Shown here: positions 13,861 to 26,839 of the stretch, in pieces
Numbering within the stretch: the first letter of the stretch is position 1
Layout: every line of letters begins with the position of its first letter
DNA from: Octopus bimaculoides
Taxonomy: Eukaryota
Assembly: GCF_001194135.2 (NCBI RefSeq)
Contig: NC_068982.1
Location: 43,422,005 to 43,486,004 of the forward strand
Direction of reading: 5' to 3'
Length of the DNA stretch: 64,000 nucleotides
Notes under the pieces: generated by a model
What the model saw: the letters and a program-made list of their open reading frames with translations, nothing else
Databases searched by the model: none
What the model was told of the DNA's origin: nothing
Made by a program: the position numbers and the translations under genes

Positions 13861-15136
13861 ACACGAAAAACTACCATCAAAAGGCGACTAGCCATGTGTA
13901 ATTAGTTAGGCTACAGAACTAAGTTCTAGTTCTTTTATATGTATCTCTGGAGAGATATGATGAGGACTAGTCTTGGTACAATATTAATGAAATGTGCAAT
14001 TTCAAGAGGTGGTGTTTCTTCAATCCAATAAGTTATTTCCTAAACAGATTGACACAAATTCTTGCAATTCTACACAAGATATCGATTAGCAAAAATAAAT
14101 TTTTTAAAGTACTAGCGTTTTTCATATTTTTCAATTATGGTTATAGTTAGAACTGAACAGAAGAGAGATTTAAATTTCACTTGACCAGTTTATAAAGCAA
14201 GTGTATACTTGTATTGTGACTGAACAAACTAACCGACTGCTTCAAACTGAAAACTCACACATGCAAATCTTCAGGTGCCAGTCTACTGCCAATAAAGGAA
14301 TAATATGAGAAACGTTGAGTACAGGTTTTTATGCCAATGCACTTGCTATTAAAAGTGGTAATTAAAAGAGATTTGTAAAAAAAAAAAAAGGACAAGAAAA
14401 GAGAGTTATGATTGAAAATGAATAATTGCTTGCTGCCACCTCAACAGTTAAAACAACATTATTCTAGTTATTTTGTGATTTATGGAAGAGGGGCAAGATT
14501 GGAGGAGGGGTATAAAAGAAAAGTAAAAAAGAATGGAATTGCTAAATAAAACGTGGGGGATTTTTAAGATGTGAGGTGATGTCAGAAATATTTCGGGTAA
14601 ATTGGTTCCTTTCCCCCGCAAGAAGTAAAAGATTAAAAAAAAAATGAAACTAAAAGTAAAACCAAACAAACTATGGAATTATTAGAAAAAGAGAAAAAGA
14701 GAAAAAGGAAAAACAGTGCAATGTGAGAGAAAGGAGGGCATAGAGAGAGAGAGAGAGAGAATGGCAAACTAAAACATTAGCTTTAGTCCAAGTAAAACAG
14801 GAAGGTGGGAGGAGAGAGATGGCTAGAATGCTGAAGGAACTATTATTTGACATTCCTAATATCGGCTTTTGTATACGGGGCAACTTTATCAATGGCCGGT
14901 CAAACGACGAAGCAACGAAGAACATGAGAGCTGACACTCGTTGGCAAACATTACTTCAGGAAAGAGAAAGAGAGAGAGGGGGGAGAGAGAAAGAGAGCGT
15001 GAGGCAGAAAGATGCAGTTTGTTTGAAGATTATTTTCAAAGTTTGTAAGTTTGTATTTGTCAGTAGCTTATCGTTATTACTATGCTTACAGTAGAGAGAG
15101 AGGCAGAGGAAGAAATATTAAGAAACATTCAAGGAA

Positions 15137-15169
15137 GTGGTGGTGGTGGTGGTGGTGGTGGTGGTGGTG
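15137..15169. repeat. (GGT)n microsatellite
   Basis: Direct observation. Confidence 0.95.
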
Positions 15170-16349
15170 ATAGTGATGGTAGTGGTGGAGGACACGTGTA
15201 AAGAGAAAGGAATGGTCGTGATGTTTGCTGTACAACAACCTAACAATATTAAGAAACACCAAGCAAAAAGTAAATGTTAAAAAATAAATGAAGGCAAAAA
15301 GAAAAAATATAGAAAAAAAATGAGCAACAAAAAAGCAAAACGAAATAGTCAGGTCTGCTTCTTGAACACAACACTAGGTGACAGCAGAGAGAAACATCCG
15401 AAATATGTAGCTTTGTTTGACCTTCCCGCCTCGAATCTAAACAACTGCTAACTTCCCGTTTCAAGTTAGCGAATAACCATTTACCAAAGCAATTACAGGC
15501 ATTTCCTACTCCCTTCTTCTATGCTCACACTTTTAACAACAACAACATTAGCGTTACCATCGCCGTCACAGCTATTGTTATTGAGAACTGCCGCAAAATG
15601 TTTCGACTTTGATACGAACTTCAATTCAGTTCCCAAACGAGAGAAAAACTGACAATATAAAACAGTTTTTGGCAGCACAGTGTTCTCACAAACAATGCTT
15701 TTGCATGTTTCTGCAATTCTAAAGAAATGAAATAAGGCGGTGTGTATATATATAAAAATGATGACTTGTGAAATCAAAAGTAACTGCATAAAGGCAAAGA
15801 GTCGACATGGCCGATTTACTGTAATTTCACGATCTCTATCAATCAAGGGTAACCTGCGGCTCGCAGGACTTTCTAAATGACACGCCTAACAGAGAAATCA
15901 CCTTGAATTTTTTAGTAGTGCCCCAAGTGACGAGCCATTTTCTAATGCAGCCCACTTCTCGAAAAGGCTGCTCATACCTGGTTTATATTGATCTACATTT
16001 TTATTGTTTGTGACAATCGGTTTTCTTCAGACTCGGGGTTAAAGGGTGGACACAAAATAAAAGAAATCGACCAAGGTTTCAATGTTTATTTTTATTAATG
16101 TTGCCCATTTAAACATAAGAGAAAATCTAGTATTCGGTGACGCAACAATACTAATAACATAATATTCATATCGATAAACATTTATGGATGTTAATTCTCA
16201 AAATCCTTTATCTGGCATCATTTAAATTGTGCGTGTGCGTGTTACACTAACCAGCATCTCTCGAAAGTGTAGGAGAAAAAAAGAGATAAGGCTTGTTACA
16301 GATGCTTTCTTACATTCATCAGAGTGGAACTAAATTGTTAAGTGAAATA

Positions 16350-17587
16350 CAGAGTGCGTAAGCTATTTGAGGACATACATTTTTTGGGTCATTGCTGCAA
16401 TTTTTGCTAACTCTGTATAATCTTTGTTTCAGAAAATAATAATGGCAGACTCTCAGCTTACTCAAGAAATGAAGAGGCAAGCAGTTTTTGTGGTTATAAA
16501 GGCTGAGCATAGCGATTTAGAAATATCTCGATTTTAAAAAGTTGCCAGATCTTTCGTCTACAAAGTTTGTAAGGAACTAGAGACTGAAGATGGTAACGTA
16601 TCACCATTAAAAAGCATTCTAAATGCTCTGAAAGCGATAAAACACTTGAATTTATCCAGCAAGTTCAACAGACCATTGATTACAATCCCAGAAAGTCCAT
16701 GATGTCAATTGCAAAAGATCTCCATGTGTCAGAAGGAACAGTCAGAAATGTTGTCCACGAAGACATCAGATATAAGTCTTATATGATGAGGAGAGGTAAA
16801 TTTGTCAGAAAAAGCGAAAGAAAATCACTACATCAGATCTAAAAGGTTCTTAAACAAACTGAAAACTCCAGCAGAAGATTCGATTTCGTTTTTCTCAAAC
16901 GAGAAAAATTTTGACCAAGCTCAAAAGATTAACAGAAGAAATGACAGATGGTTATGTACAGAGCTTTCTTAAGTTACAAGTGTTATGCATACAAAATTTC
17001 CTGCAACTGTTATGGTTTTAGGGGTTGTCAGCAATGAAGGACATATGATGCCTCCTTACTTCTTTCCACAAAGCCTTAGAGTTAATTCTGGCGCCTACAT
17101 TGAGGTCCTGGAAACAATTAAGCCCTGGATAGACAGTGTATGCAATAGGACATATGTGTTTCAGTAAGACTCTGCACTATCACGCATGGCTCTAGTAACA
17201 CAGAAATGGATGGCTGAAAATTTTCATGATCACAACCTAACATTTGGCCTCCTAATTTGTCAGATCTCAATCCACTGGACTATTACATGTGGAGCGTTGT
17301 TGAGAGAGAGGTCAATGAACACGCCCATAACACCAAAGATTCTTTGAAAGCTGCCATAGTCAGAGTAATGTCCAAAATGAACCAGGACCACTTGATTCGA
17401 GCATGTAGATGATTTAGATCTCGTATAGAAGCAGTTGTTTAAGTTGAAGGTGGCTTTATTGAATAACATTATAGAAAAAAAGGTTTATTTTTATCCTCAT
17501 AGCATTTTTTGATAAATAAAGTTATTTGTTATTATATATCTGTTTTTATATAAACATAAATCTGTCCTAAATACCTTACGCACCCTT
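16350..17587 (+). mobile_element. Full-length decayed Tc1/mariner-superfamily transposon, maT (DD37D) type
   Basis: TIRs cagagtgcgtaagctatttgaggaca / tgtcctaaataccttacgcaccctt, with TA target duplication at 16348-16349 and 17588-17589; contains a transposase pseudogene. Confidence 0.9.
16442..17466 (+). pseudogene. DD37D transposase pseudogene (stops and frameshifts)
   Basis: Motifs in order: FSNEK...NRRNDRW (first D changed to N), VMVLGVVSNEG, YVFQ*DSA, IWPPNLSDLNPLDYYMWSVVE, RSRIEAVV*VEGGFIE*. Spacing between the second and third D is 37 if a 4-nt deletion is restored. Confidence 0.9.
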
Positions 17588-18607
17588 TATATTCATTGGC
17601 AATCTATTCGTTCATAGCCTTAGCATTAAATTCAGTTCCACTTAGTTGTACGCAAATGCCGAGAATCCATAGTCGGAACCAGTAGAAGAGTAAAGAATAC
17701 AGTGAAGTTGGCTTGATCAACTTATCATTGTCTCTTTTACAGATAACAAACACTAACCAAAGAACGTTTAATTTTAAAGAGACGATAGCGAATGCAACAG
17801 ATAACCAGACAAATCGCTTCACGACATGCAAATATTTTAAAATGCATCATTACCCAAGTTCAACCTCGTATGTCATCTATTCGTAGTTGTTGAATTAAGT
17901 AGTATTATTCGTGTCACGTAGTAATATCACCCCTTTTATTAAAGGCATGGTGAAACAGGCACAGGCAGTAGACTTACTCTGTGTCTCGGTTTAACATAAT
18001 CAGCGAGTCCTTGGATGCAAAGAGTGATGTTAATATGGTTATAGAAAACCTGTCAAATGTCAGATTAACCTTGCTAACAAATCTCTATCTTCTTTACTTC
18101 CGAGAAAGTGGTCACTACAGGAAGTACGAGGGCACGTCAGTATATTCAAAGTACTGCGGACAGAAACAGGAATAAAAGCCAATATGGTGGGGTTGATTAA
18201 TCAACACTTTCTTCGTACAACGAGTCTTGTAGATAAGTATCGTTATATATCGAAGTAAATTTTGAAGAAATAGCAATAAATTTCAATGTTAAGAGAAGCC
18301 ATAGGTGTCTCACTTCACCCCTTCTCACTCCACTCCCTACCATCAAAATATATCTACATAAAATTACAAAAATGTGGTAGTACATACAATGGTACAAATA
18401 AGGCAATGGTTATTTCTTTTGATAAGGACGTGAGGATAATATTAATTAGTTTAGTCAACTTGAACAGAAGTTTATCGATTGGAGATTTCGGATATCATTC
18501 AACCTACACTCGAATGGATGTCAGTGCTATTTTATATAAAATAAAAGCTTTATATCGAAACTGATAAGGTTGATACATAGATGAGGGAAATGAACAGATC
18601 TACTATA

Positions 18608-18793
18608 CAGTAATCCCTCGACTATCGCGGGTGCTACGTTCCAAAACTGCGAAGTAGAAACAGTACTGTACTGTACTTTTTTTTTTGTATATATTTATCT
18701 TATTATAAATGCAAAACAACACCATGGAGGAATCGACATAAGCTTAAATAATAAACCGCGACAGGTGAACCACGATATGGCCAGGGATTACTG
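18608..18793. mobile_element. pogo/Tigger-like MITE
   Basis: TIRs cagtaatccct / agggattactg with TA on both sides. Confidence 0.85.
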
Positions 18794-19460
18794 TATCTAT
18801 TTTTGAGATTCGTAGTTAATTCAGTGTGTGTCAAGCCTCACTTAGCACATTCTTTCTCTTATCAAAGCCAGTCCTATTATGATGCTTATGTGGTGTTCAG
18901 TTCATTAAAAAAAAGGGTAAATGATTCTCTGAATCGAATGCTATCCCAGGTATTTTTCCCGCGACATATCCATTTTCATATTAAAGCAATCAATTACACC
19001 ATCTGCGTTGCTTACTTTGAAGTCAGCAGAATCAGTCACAGAGCGATTAGTGTGTTTAGTCATAGACACAAACAAAGCAATATTTGCGAAGAGACACAAG
19101 CCACAGACTTGTTTTTATTGATTGTCTGGAAGCTCATCAACTCTTTCGTCTGTATTCTCAAAAAACGTAAAAGACAACGGACTGACAAATCAATACAATT
19201 TCCTATTCCATGGACATAACTTTGTCTTGATATATTTCATTAAAGAACTCGCCAAACGACCATTACAGTGACTGAAATCCAATAAGTCAAATGTCGAGGT
19301 TAGGGTTTTAAATGAAACTAAATGGACAAGATTAGCTGTGAATTGAAAGCAGAGTATGGATTGCATTCTAGTATAGCACTAGTATATCAAAGGCCAAAAA
19401 AAAAAAACTGGGTAAAATACCACACCACACTATCAGACATAGGAAAACTGAGAAATTAAA

Positions 19461-19738
19461 GTGGCTCTCCGTCGGTTATGACGACGAGAGTTCCATTTGA
19501 TCCGATCAACGAAAGTACGTGTATCCTTAACGTAGTTCTGAGGGTGATTCAACGGTGACGAAGAATGTGACAAGGCTGGCCCTTTGAAATACAGGTGCTA
19601 CTCATTTTTGCCAACTGAGTAGACTGGAATAACATGAAAAAGTGTCTTGCTCAAGGATAAAACGCATCACCGGGAATTGAAATCATGACCTTACGATCGT
19701 GAGCCGAATACCCTAACCACTGAGCCACGCGTCTTCAC
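19461..19738 (-). mobile_element. SINE-D (tRNA head and CORE-like centre) carrying the SINE-C 3' tail
   Basis: Reverse strand reads gtgaagacgcgtggctcagtggttaggg...ccttgagcaagacac...actcagttggcaaaaatgagt, then caaagggccagccttgtcac...ggaactctcgtcgtcataaccgacggag. Confidence 0.85.
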
Positions 19739-21904
19739 TCCAGCGAAATTTATAAAGTTTAAAATTACATCAACGGACGGCAGATAGCACACTTATTCTA
19801 TTTCGTACCATCATCATCGCTTTGTCACCTCATTAACGTTTACTTTTCCATGCTTCCATGGATCAGACAGAATTAACTAAATTTTAAAAAATAGTGTAGG
19901 GAAGAAACTAACCTTGTCTTCGTTTACGAATTTTATTTTATACTAACAGCCTATTTCAATCGTCATCCTAACTGGTCAAAAAAGGTTTTTATCCAAGATC
20001 GATAAAATAACATCTTGTACTTCAGTCGATTTAATCGATTAAACTTCACAAAATGTGCACCCTTGTACCCTACAAACAATTATCTTCTAGTATCGTTCAT
20101 TCTACTAACCTAAAAAATAATGTGAGACAACCAGCACCGCAGACAGCTTGAGGCTAAGTTTACTGTCTTAAACTGTCCCTGATTCCCCCACCTGAAACGA
20201 ATATCAACACTTAGAGAAAGAGAAGGAAAGGTTCAAGTCGTTGTCGTATAACAGTTGTACCGTCTGAATAAAACAGATACCGGATGCATTTGGATATCCA
20301 CCCGATTTTATAAAATTACATCAACGGGTCAACGAACTTGACATGTCACACGATACATCTTTTACTTTGCTCATCACACATGCGCAGAAGGAGATAATTC
20401 ATGTTAAAGGATGTAACCAGCTCCAGAAACTATAAAAAAAACAAATAAGCCTGAAAAAAATGTTAATACTGGCAAAAAAAAAAAAAATCATATATTTTTA
20501 GAAAGGAAAAATTATATGTTGTGGCTCTTATGCTTTTCCCCAAGATTGCTAGGTGTTCAAAACTAAAATATTGGCTATAAACGGCACTGCCGATTCTGCC
20601 AGCCACAGATTACCATCGGCAATTTTTTCACTACCATGAGAGTTTTCGATTCTGCATATGTGTTTTTTTTTTTATGCAAATCATACCCAATAAAGCGTTT
20701 GAGACAATCCCCTATAATATTCATGCGATTCAGTCATCACTGATTGAGGATAACACGGTACCTTCAGTTTTTATTTGTGACGCTTATCCCAAATTCATCT
20801 CTGATAACATGGGTCGGAGTTCAGTCAAAAGTTTCTGCTTGGACAGCAAAAACTCGCCCCAGCGACCATCTACAACGCTCGGGACAACTTGCGGTCTCGA
20901 AACGAAACCTATTTCCGATGTTCTATCATTCATTTATGGCTGATTCATTTAACACAATGTTTTATATTTGGAACCAAACACCTGTGATAAACGAGGATAT
21001 ATGTACTATCTATGTCAATATATTTTAGAAAGGCATTAACGCCACGTTTTAATCATTACTGTCACTCATAGTCACATAATGCCTCCACTAATCAAGAAAT
21101 TATTTTTATATTATCTTGTGGAAACCAAAATCAACATCATTACGTTTATAAACATCATTACAAAATGCGAGGTAATTACCTTTAATATGAAAAATCTGCT
21201 GCAAAACAGAGTTAGCTCCCTTGAGCATTAAGTTTCCATGTTTGTTGTCTCTGTTACCATGGAATTAATATGTAAAGAGGAGGTTCGCTGTGACAATGGA
21301 ACAATCATATGCAAAATGTATTTGCTATCAAAAAATTTATTTTCGAGCATGTATATAAATTAACTAAACGCAACTAATGGATGTTTAGTTTTTCCTCAGC
21401 GATGTGACACGAAACAATATTGGAAAGATAATACTTAATGCTTCAAAAAACCTCACAAAATCAATCTTACGTTTACAACTACATCACAAAATGCGTTATG
21501 TAATACATATGTCAGTACTGAATGAGTAATAAAAACAGGGTTGTCATGTTTTACTAAATCACTAAAGTAACATTTTTAATAAACTTTATATAAAATAAGC
21601 GTTTATATCGAAATAAAACAAAATATCATTTGCTGAATGAGTTCATTTAGAATTTTATAACAAGAAATTTCCTAAAATATTTTAGTATGTTTTCCTTAAA
21701 CTTTATATTTTGCCAAGAGAAGTATGCTTCTGCTTTTGTTTTTCCGTCGAGGTGGAGATTCTTCTGATCAAAGGGGGCTGGTGACAGAATTAGTAGAGTG
21801 CCCCGTAGTATTTATTTCCAGCAGCTCCTACGTTTTGTCTCTGGTCAAGAAAGTTCTTTCTTAAATACCACAGATCATCTAGTAGAAAACATAATTAATT
21901 AAAA

Positions 21905-22150
21905 GAAAGTGGTTGGCGTTTGGGAGGGCATCCAGCTGTCAAAACGCCAAAACTAACCTCGCCTGTGCTACTGCCACGTAAAAAAACACTGAGTCTACTC
22001 TGCAGAGTGGCTGATGTTAAGAAGGGCATTCAGTCTTAAATACCCAGCCAAAATAGACACAGTAGCCTAGGGTAATTTTTCTACCTGGCCAACTCCTGTC
22101 AACCGTCCTTCCCATGCATACATGGAAGATGGACGTTAAACGATCACGAT
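21905..22150 (+). mobile_element. RTE-type LINE 3' end fragments
   Basis: ggttggcgtttgggagggcatccagctg...catggaagatggacgttaaacgat. Confidence 0.75.
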
Positions 22151-22546
22151 GAGATGCAAGGGTGCCTAACTGAAGGTCTATTTCACTGGTGTAAAGCATC
22201 GTTAGCAATGGAAATTTGAAGAGTATTTTCATTAGTTTTCCGTTTAAGTGACTCCGGTACCTTTTAGCTCAGAGGTGAGATGTTTCTTACGAAACTAACT
22301 TTCTTTACATAAGGCTTCAGAAGCGGCCTGCCCTGCCGACCCAGTGGGGTAAAGGATTAGGAATGGTAAACAAAAAGTTTTATCATGAATGTGGGAGATC
22401 AAGTTTTAGCATAGTACTCTTCAGAAGCACATGTTTAATCTGTACTCTATATGCACCTAACTCCAAAATACAAATATTAAGACATCTTTACAAAGACAAC
22501 CACGAGTAATTAGGACTGTGCTAGCTTGAGAATGTATGAAGAAACT

Positions 22547-22582
<36 letters not shown>

Positions 22583-22951
22583 GTGGGCCAACAGTCATTC
22601 ACAAAATAAGTTCAATACGCTCCGGAATTGTCAAAGACATGCTTCAATTTTTCTAAAATTGAATAAAATAAATAAAATAATGGTGAATATACACGTGCTT
22701 GCACATGATGGACAAAATAAATAAGGATAAAAACGTAATATGAATAAAATATCATGTTTTGATGCGTGACTTTTGGCCGAGCTTGTGCGTGCGCGCGTGG
22801 ACGAAGGCTAGCAGGCTGAAATTTGGAAGTTACAGTCACCCTTCTTGTAATTGTATAACAAATACAGACGCTTCAAAAAGTACTGGAATATTGAGTAATT
22901 CTTCAGCTTAAAGTTAAATTATTTATATTATACCTGACAGTAAAACTACCA

Positions 22952-22984
<33 letters not shown>

Positions 22985-22986
22985 TA

Positions 22987-23260
22987 TTGTTGTTGTTGTT
23001 GTTGTTGGCACTCCGTCGCTTACGACGTCGAGGGTTCCAGTTGATCCGATCAACGGAACAGCCTGCTCGTGAAATTAACGTGCAAGTGGCTGAGCACTCC
23101 ACAGACACGTGTACCCTTAACGTAGTTCTCGGGGACATTCAGCGTGACACAGTGTGACAAGGCTGGCCCTTTGAATTACATGCACAACAGAAACCGGAAG
23201 TAAGAGTGAGAGAAAGTTGTGGTGAAAGAGTACAGCAGGGTTCGCCACCATCCCCTGCCA
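22987..23260 (-). mobile_element. SINE-C copy running into a gap
   Basis: Near-identical reverse complement of 3270-3470 and 3700-3720; (TTG)n tail. Confidence 0.9.
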
Positions 23261-24347
23261 NNNNNNNNNNNNNNNNNNNNNNNNNNNNNNNNNNNNNNNN
23301 NNNNNNNNNNNNNNNNNNNNNNNNNNNNNNNNNNNNNNNNNNNNNNNNNNNNNNNNNNNNNNNNNNNNNNNNNNNNNNNNNNNNNNNNNNNNNNNNNNNN
23401 NNNNNNNNNNNNNNNNNNNNNNGTTTCACTGTCGTTTGATGATTCACGCATGCGTAGAACTGTACTGAAATAGCAGACGTAAAAAATATCAGTCCACCAC
23501 CACAAAACACGACATGCTACAAACAGCAGGGAAAACGACATTATTTCTGAAGAAACCTCCCCGCTTCCCAAACAGCTAAATGCGAAACATTGAGAGTTTG
23601 TAGCTTTTTGAAAGTGGTGAGGTGATGGGTGAATGCTGGGGAAGATTTTAGTGTTTCTTACGTCAAAATCGGCAACTCAGTTTTCGAATCCCTGAAGAAC
23701 ATACACACACACACACTCAAATTCTGATAGATAGATAGATAGATAGATATTGTTAGATGTTGCGGTTTGGTATAATATTTTAGTTATATCACATTTCACC
23801 TTCAGACCTTAGTCTCTCTTGATTGAATAGAGAACGAAGACAAGCTAGCCATGACCATCCAGTCTTTTTGAGGTAATTCAGGATTACAATATCCATTGTA
23901 ACCACCTCTTTAATTTTTGAAGACATTACGGCTTGATTTGAGGGAGATTTTTTTACCGTTTGTTTCAGTAGGTCGAGCGAATATACAAAAAAGGGCCCCG
24001 TCGCTGGCTCAGACACACGCACACAGATGTATCTGTGTATGTGTGTGCGCGTATGTGTACATACACACACACACACACAACAAAAATACTGGTGAAAATC
24101 ACATCTTTTATAGTAGAATTCACCATATAAAGCCGACAATATTTTCGCTGTCTAATACTTTAAATTTCTCGAAGTTCTTCTAAATGATATTTGGATCTAG
24201 TTGTCATCCATGAGGAAATATCTTGGATGTGTCTTCTGCTTGCATTTATTGGTGTCTGGTTGTTTGATACAGCTAGCCAAATTCGTGTTAAAATGAGTTC
24301 TTTATTGAAATCTGCCTGGATTCTTTAATCCCTTTTTCCTTCTTATA

Positions 24348-24387
<40 letters not shown>

Positions 24388-25052
24388 GTAAGGCGATTTG
24401 ACGTCTATCTTTAGCAGATTAGGAATCCACTTTAGTGGTCATTCCTCTTATTAATTGTAATATAATTCTCAAATCTTCGGATTTTTTAAAATATGCTAGA
24501 CCACTGGTTTAAATTGATGTTAAAAGATCAATATCAATTTCTACCCTCCTTATTTAAGTGGGGGGGGGCTTACTGTTGAAAATATGCTGTGGTATATTAT
24601 AATATATTACAACGATATAAAATCATAATATTTTAATCCCATGATTTAAAAAAAATTTCAATGAATAAAGATGAACTATATGCATATATAATAAAAGCGT
24701 TGGGACATAAATTCAGTGATTCATATGAATTCTTATGTAGCATCTCATTCATAGATTTTATGTTTTAATGCAGGCAGAAATAAAACAAGAAAAAAAAAAA
24801 GAAAAACAAGCTTTTAAAGCACACACGCGTTTTCCACATCCATGGAGAAGTAATAATAATGATGAAAAGTAACAACGTTACAGAATATCGGATATTTTAC
24901 AGCAATGACACTTGTACAGGGATGCGTTGTTGCGTATGGTGTATCACCTCTCATAACACACTCGCGCAAACGACAGGACAATGCAAACCAACTCATCTTC
25001 CTCTCATATTCATACATATACATACATATATAAATATACGAACGTATGTATG

Positions 25053-25083
<31 letters not shown>

Positions 25084-25784
25084 TACACACACACACAGTC
25101 AAAAAGCACACCCACACAAGTCTATAAAACAAGCAATAACGCCAACATCATTTCCGGTATTGACAAGTCATACGTAAATATAGGGATGCATTTATCGGAG
25201 TCAGTCAGGTTTGAATGTGGACAGCTGGCACAAGGTACCCCTCTCCCCTACCACGACTACTACTACCACCACCACCCCGCAAAAAGAAAAAAAACTCTCT
25301 CTTCTGTCTCGCCCTTTTCTCTCTAGACAGAAGGTCTTCATACGCTTCATTAATTAACATGATGGCACAGTCGGGTCCCTTCGTTTTAATCAAGGGTTAC
25401 CAATTGCCAAATAGCTCGTGTGCAATTTCGGGGAGAATAAAGTATCCCTGTGAAATGAACCAAAAATCTATAAACGCAAAGTGATATTTGCGGATGTGAT
25501 ATTAAAACTTTAAATGAAAAAAAAAAAAGCAGAAAAAAAAAAAGATAAAATAATTAGTTTTTCCTTTTTTTTTTTTTTAGTAAAAGAGGATGGGGGTTTA
25601 AAATATAACAAAATATATATATATATATACTAAATTATTTTAGTTACTCAATTATTCATTCATTTATTCATAAATACGTAAAGTTGGCTTAAATGAAAAT
25701 ATTAAAAAAAAATATACACTAAAAATATAAGTTACCAGACACGCATTCAATCACTCACACGCTGACGGTCTGTCTGTCTGTCAA

Positions 25785-25819
<35 letters not shown>

Positions 25820-25959
25820 CTCTCTCTCTCTCTCTCTTTCGTACACACACACCCACACATGCAAATTGTAAACAAAAAGGGCGATGAAGTAAAATAAACA
25901 GGCTATGCTATTTATTTATTTACTAAAATCTCTCTTCAACGTTGAGTCATCGGAAAATT

Positions 25960-26212
25960 TTGTTTTATCTTTCACTTGTTTCGGTCATTGGACTACGGCC
26001 ATACTGGGGCACCGCCCAGAAGGGTTTTAGTCGAACGCATCGATTTCCCCACCCTTACCAGTACTTAATTTTTTCAGCCCCGGTACTTATCCAATCGTAT
26101 CTTTTGCCGAACCGCTACCTTACAGACACGAAAACAAACCAACACGGGCTGTCAAACAGTGGCGTGGGGACAAACACATACACACAAACGACGGGCTTCC
26201 TTTAGTTTCCTA
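25960..26212 (-). mobile_element. SINE-B 3' half
   Basis: ttcacttgtttcggtcattggactacggccatactgg...gacgggcttcc. Confidence 0.85.
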
Positions 26213-26420
26213 TTTCTTTATTGCCCACAAGGGGCTAAACATAGCGGGGACAAACAAGGTCAGACAAAAGAATTAAGTCGATTACAATGCGTAACTGGTA
26301 CTTAATTTATCGACCCCAAAAGGATGAAAGGCAAAGTCGACCTCGGCGGAATTTGAACTCAGAACGTAACAGCAGACGAAATACCGCTAAGCTTTTCGCC
26401 CAGCATGCTAACGTTTCCCC
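26213..26420 (-). mobile_element. SINE-A, alternative-tail subfamily
   Basis: tttctttattgcccacaaggggctaaac tail matches 54530-54585; the core and head are closely similar to other SINE-A copies. Confidence 0.9.
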
Positions 26421-26635
26421 AAAACACACGCGCGCGCNNNNNNNNNNNNNNNNNNNNNNNNNNNNNNNNNNNNNNNNNNNNNNNNNNNNNNNNNNNNNNN
26501 NNNNNNNNNNNNNNNNNNNNNNNNNNNNNNNNNNNNNNNNNNNNNNNNNNNNNNNNNNNNNNTATATGTGCGTTTCTGTTCAATCTTATAATTGTTTTTT
26601 TTTCTTTTAATCTAATTTTATTTATCTATTTGCCT

Positions 26636-26790
26636 GGTACAAGGGTGAAGAAGTTTGCTTCACAACGACAGGGTTCCACGTTCAGTCCCACTTGGGTAAG
26701 TGTCTTCTGCTATAGCCACAGGCCGACCAAAGCCTTGCAGGTGGATTTGGCAGACAGAAACTGAAAGAAGCCCGTCGTGTGTGTGTGTAT
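26636..26790 (+). mobile_element. SINE-B 5' half
   Basis: gaagaagtttgcttcacaac...ttcagtcccac...gaaactgaaagaagcccgtcg. Confidence 0.85.
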
Positions 26791-26804
26791 ATATATATAT
26801 ATAT

Positions 26805-26839
<35 letters not shown>

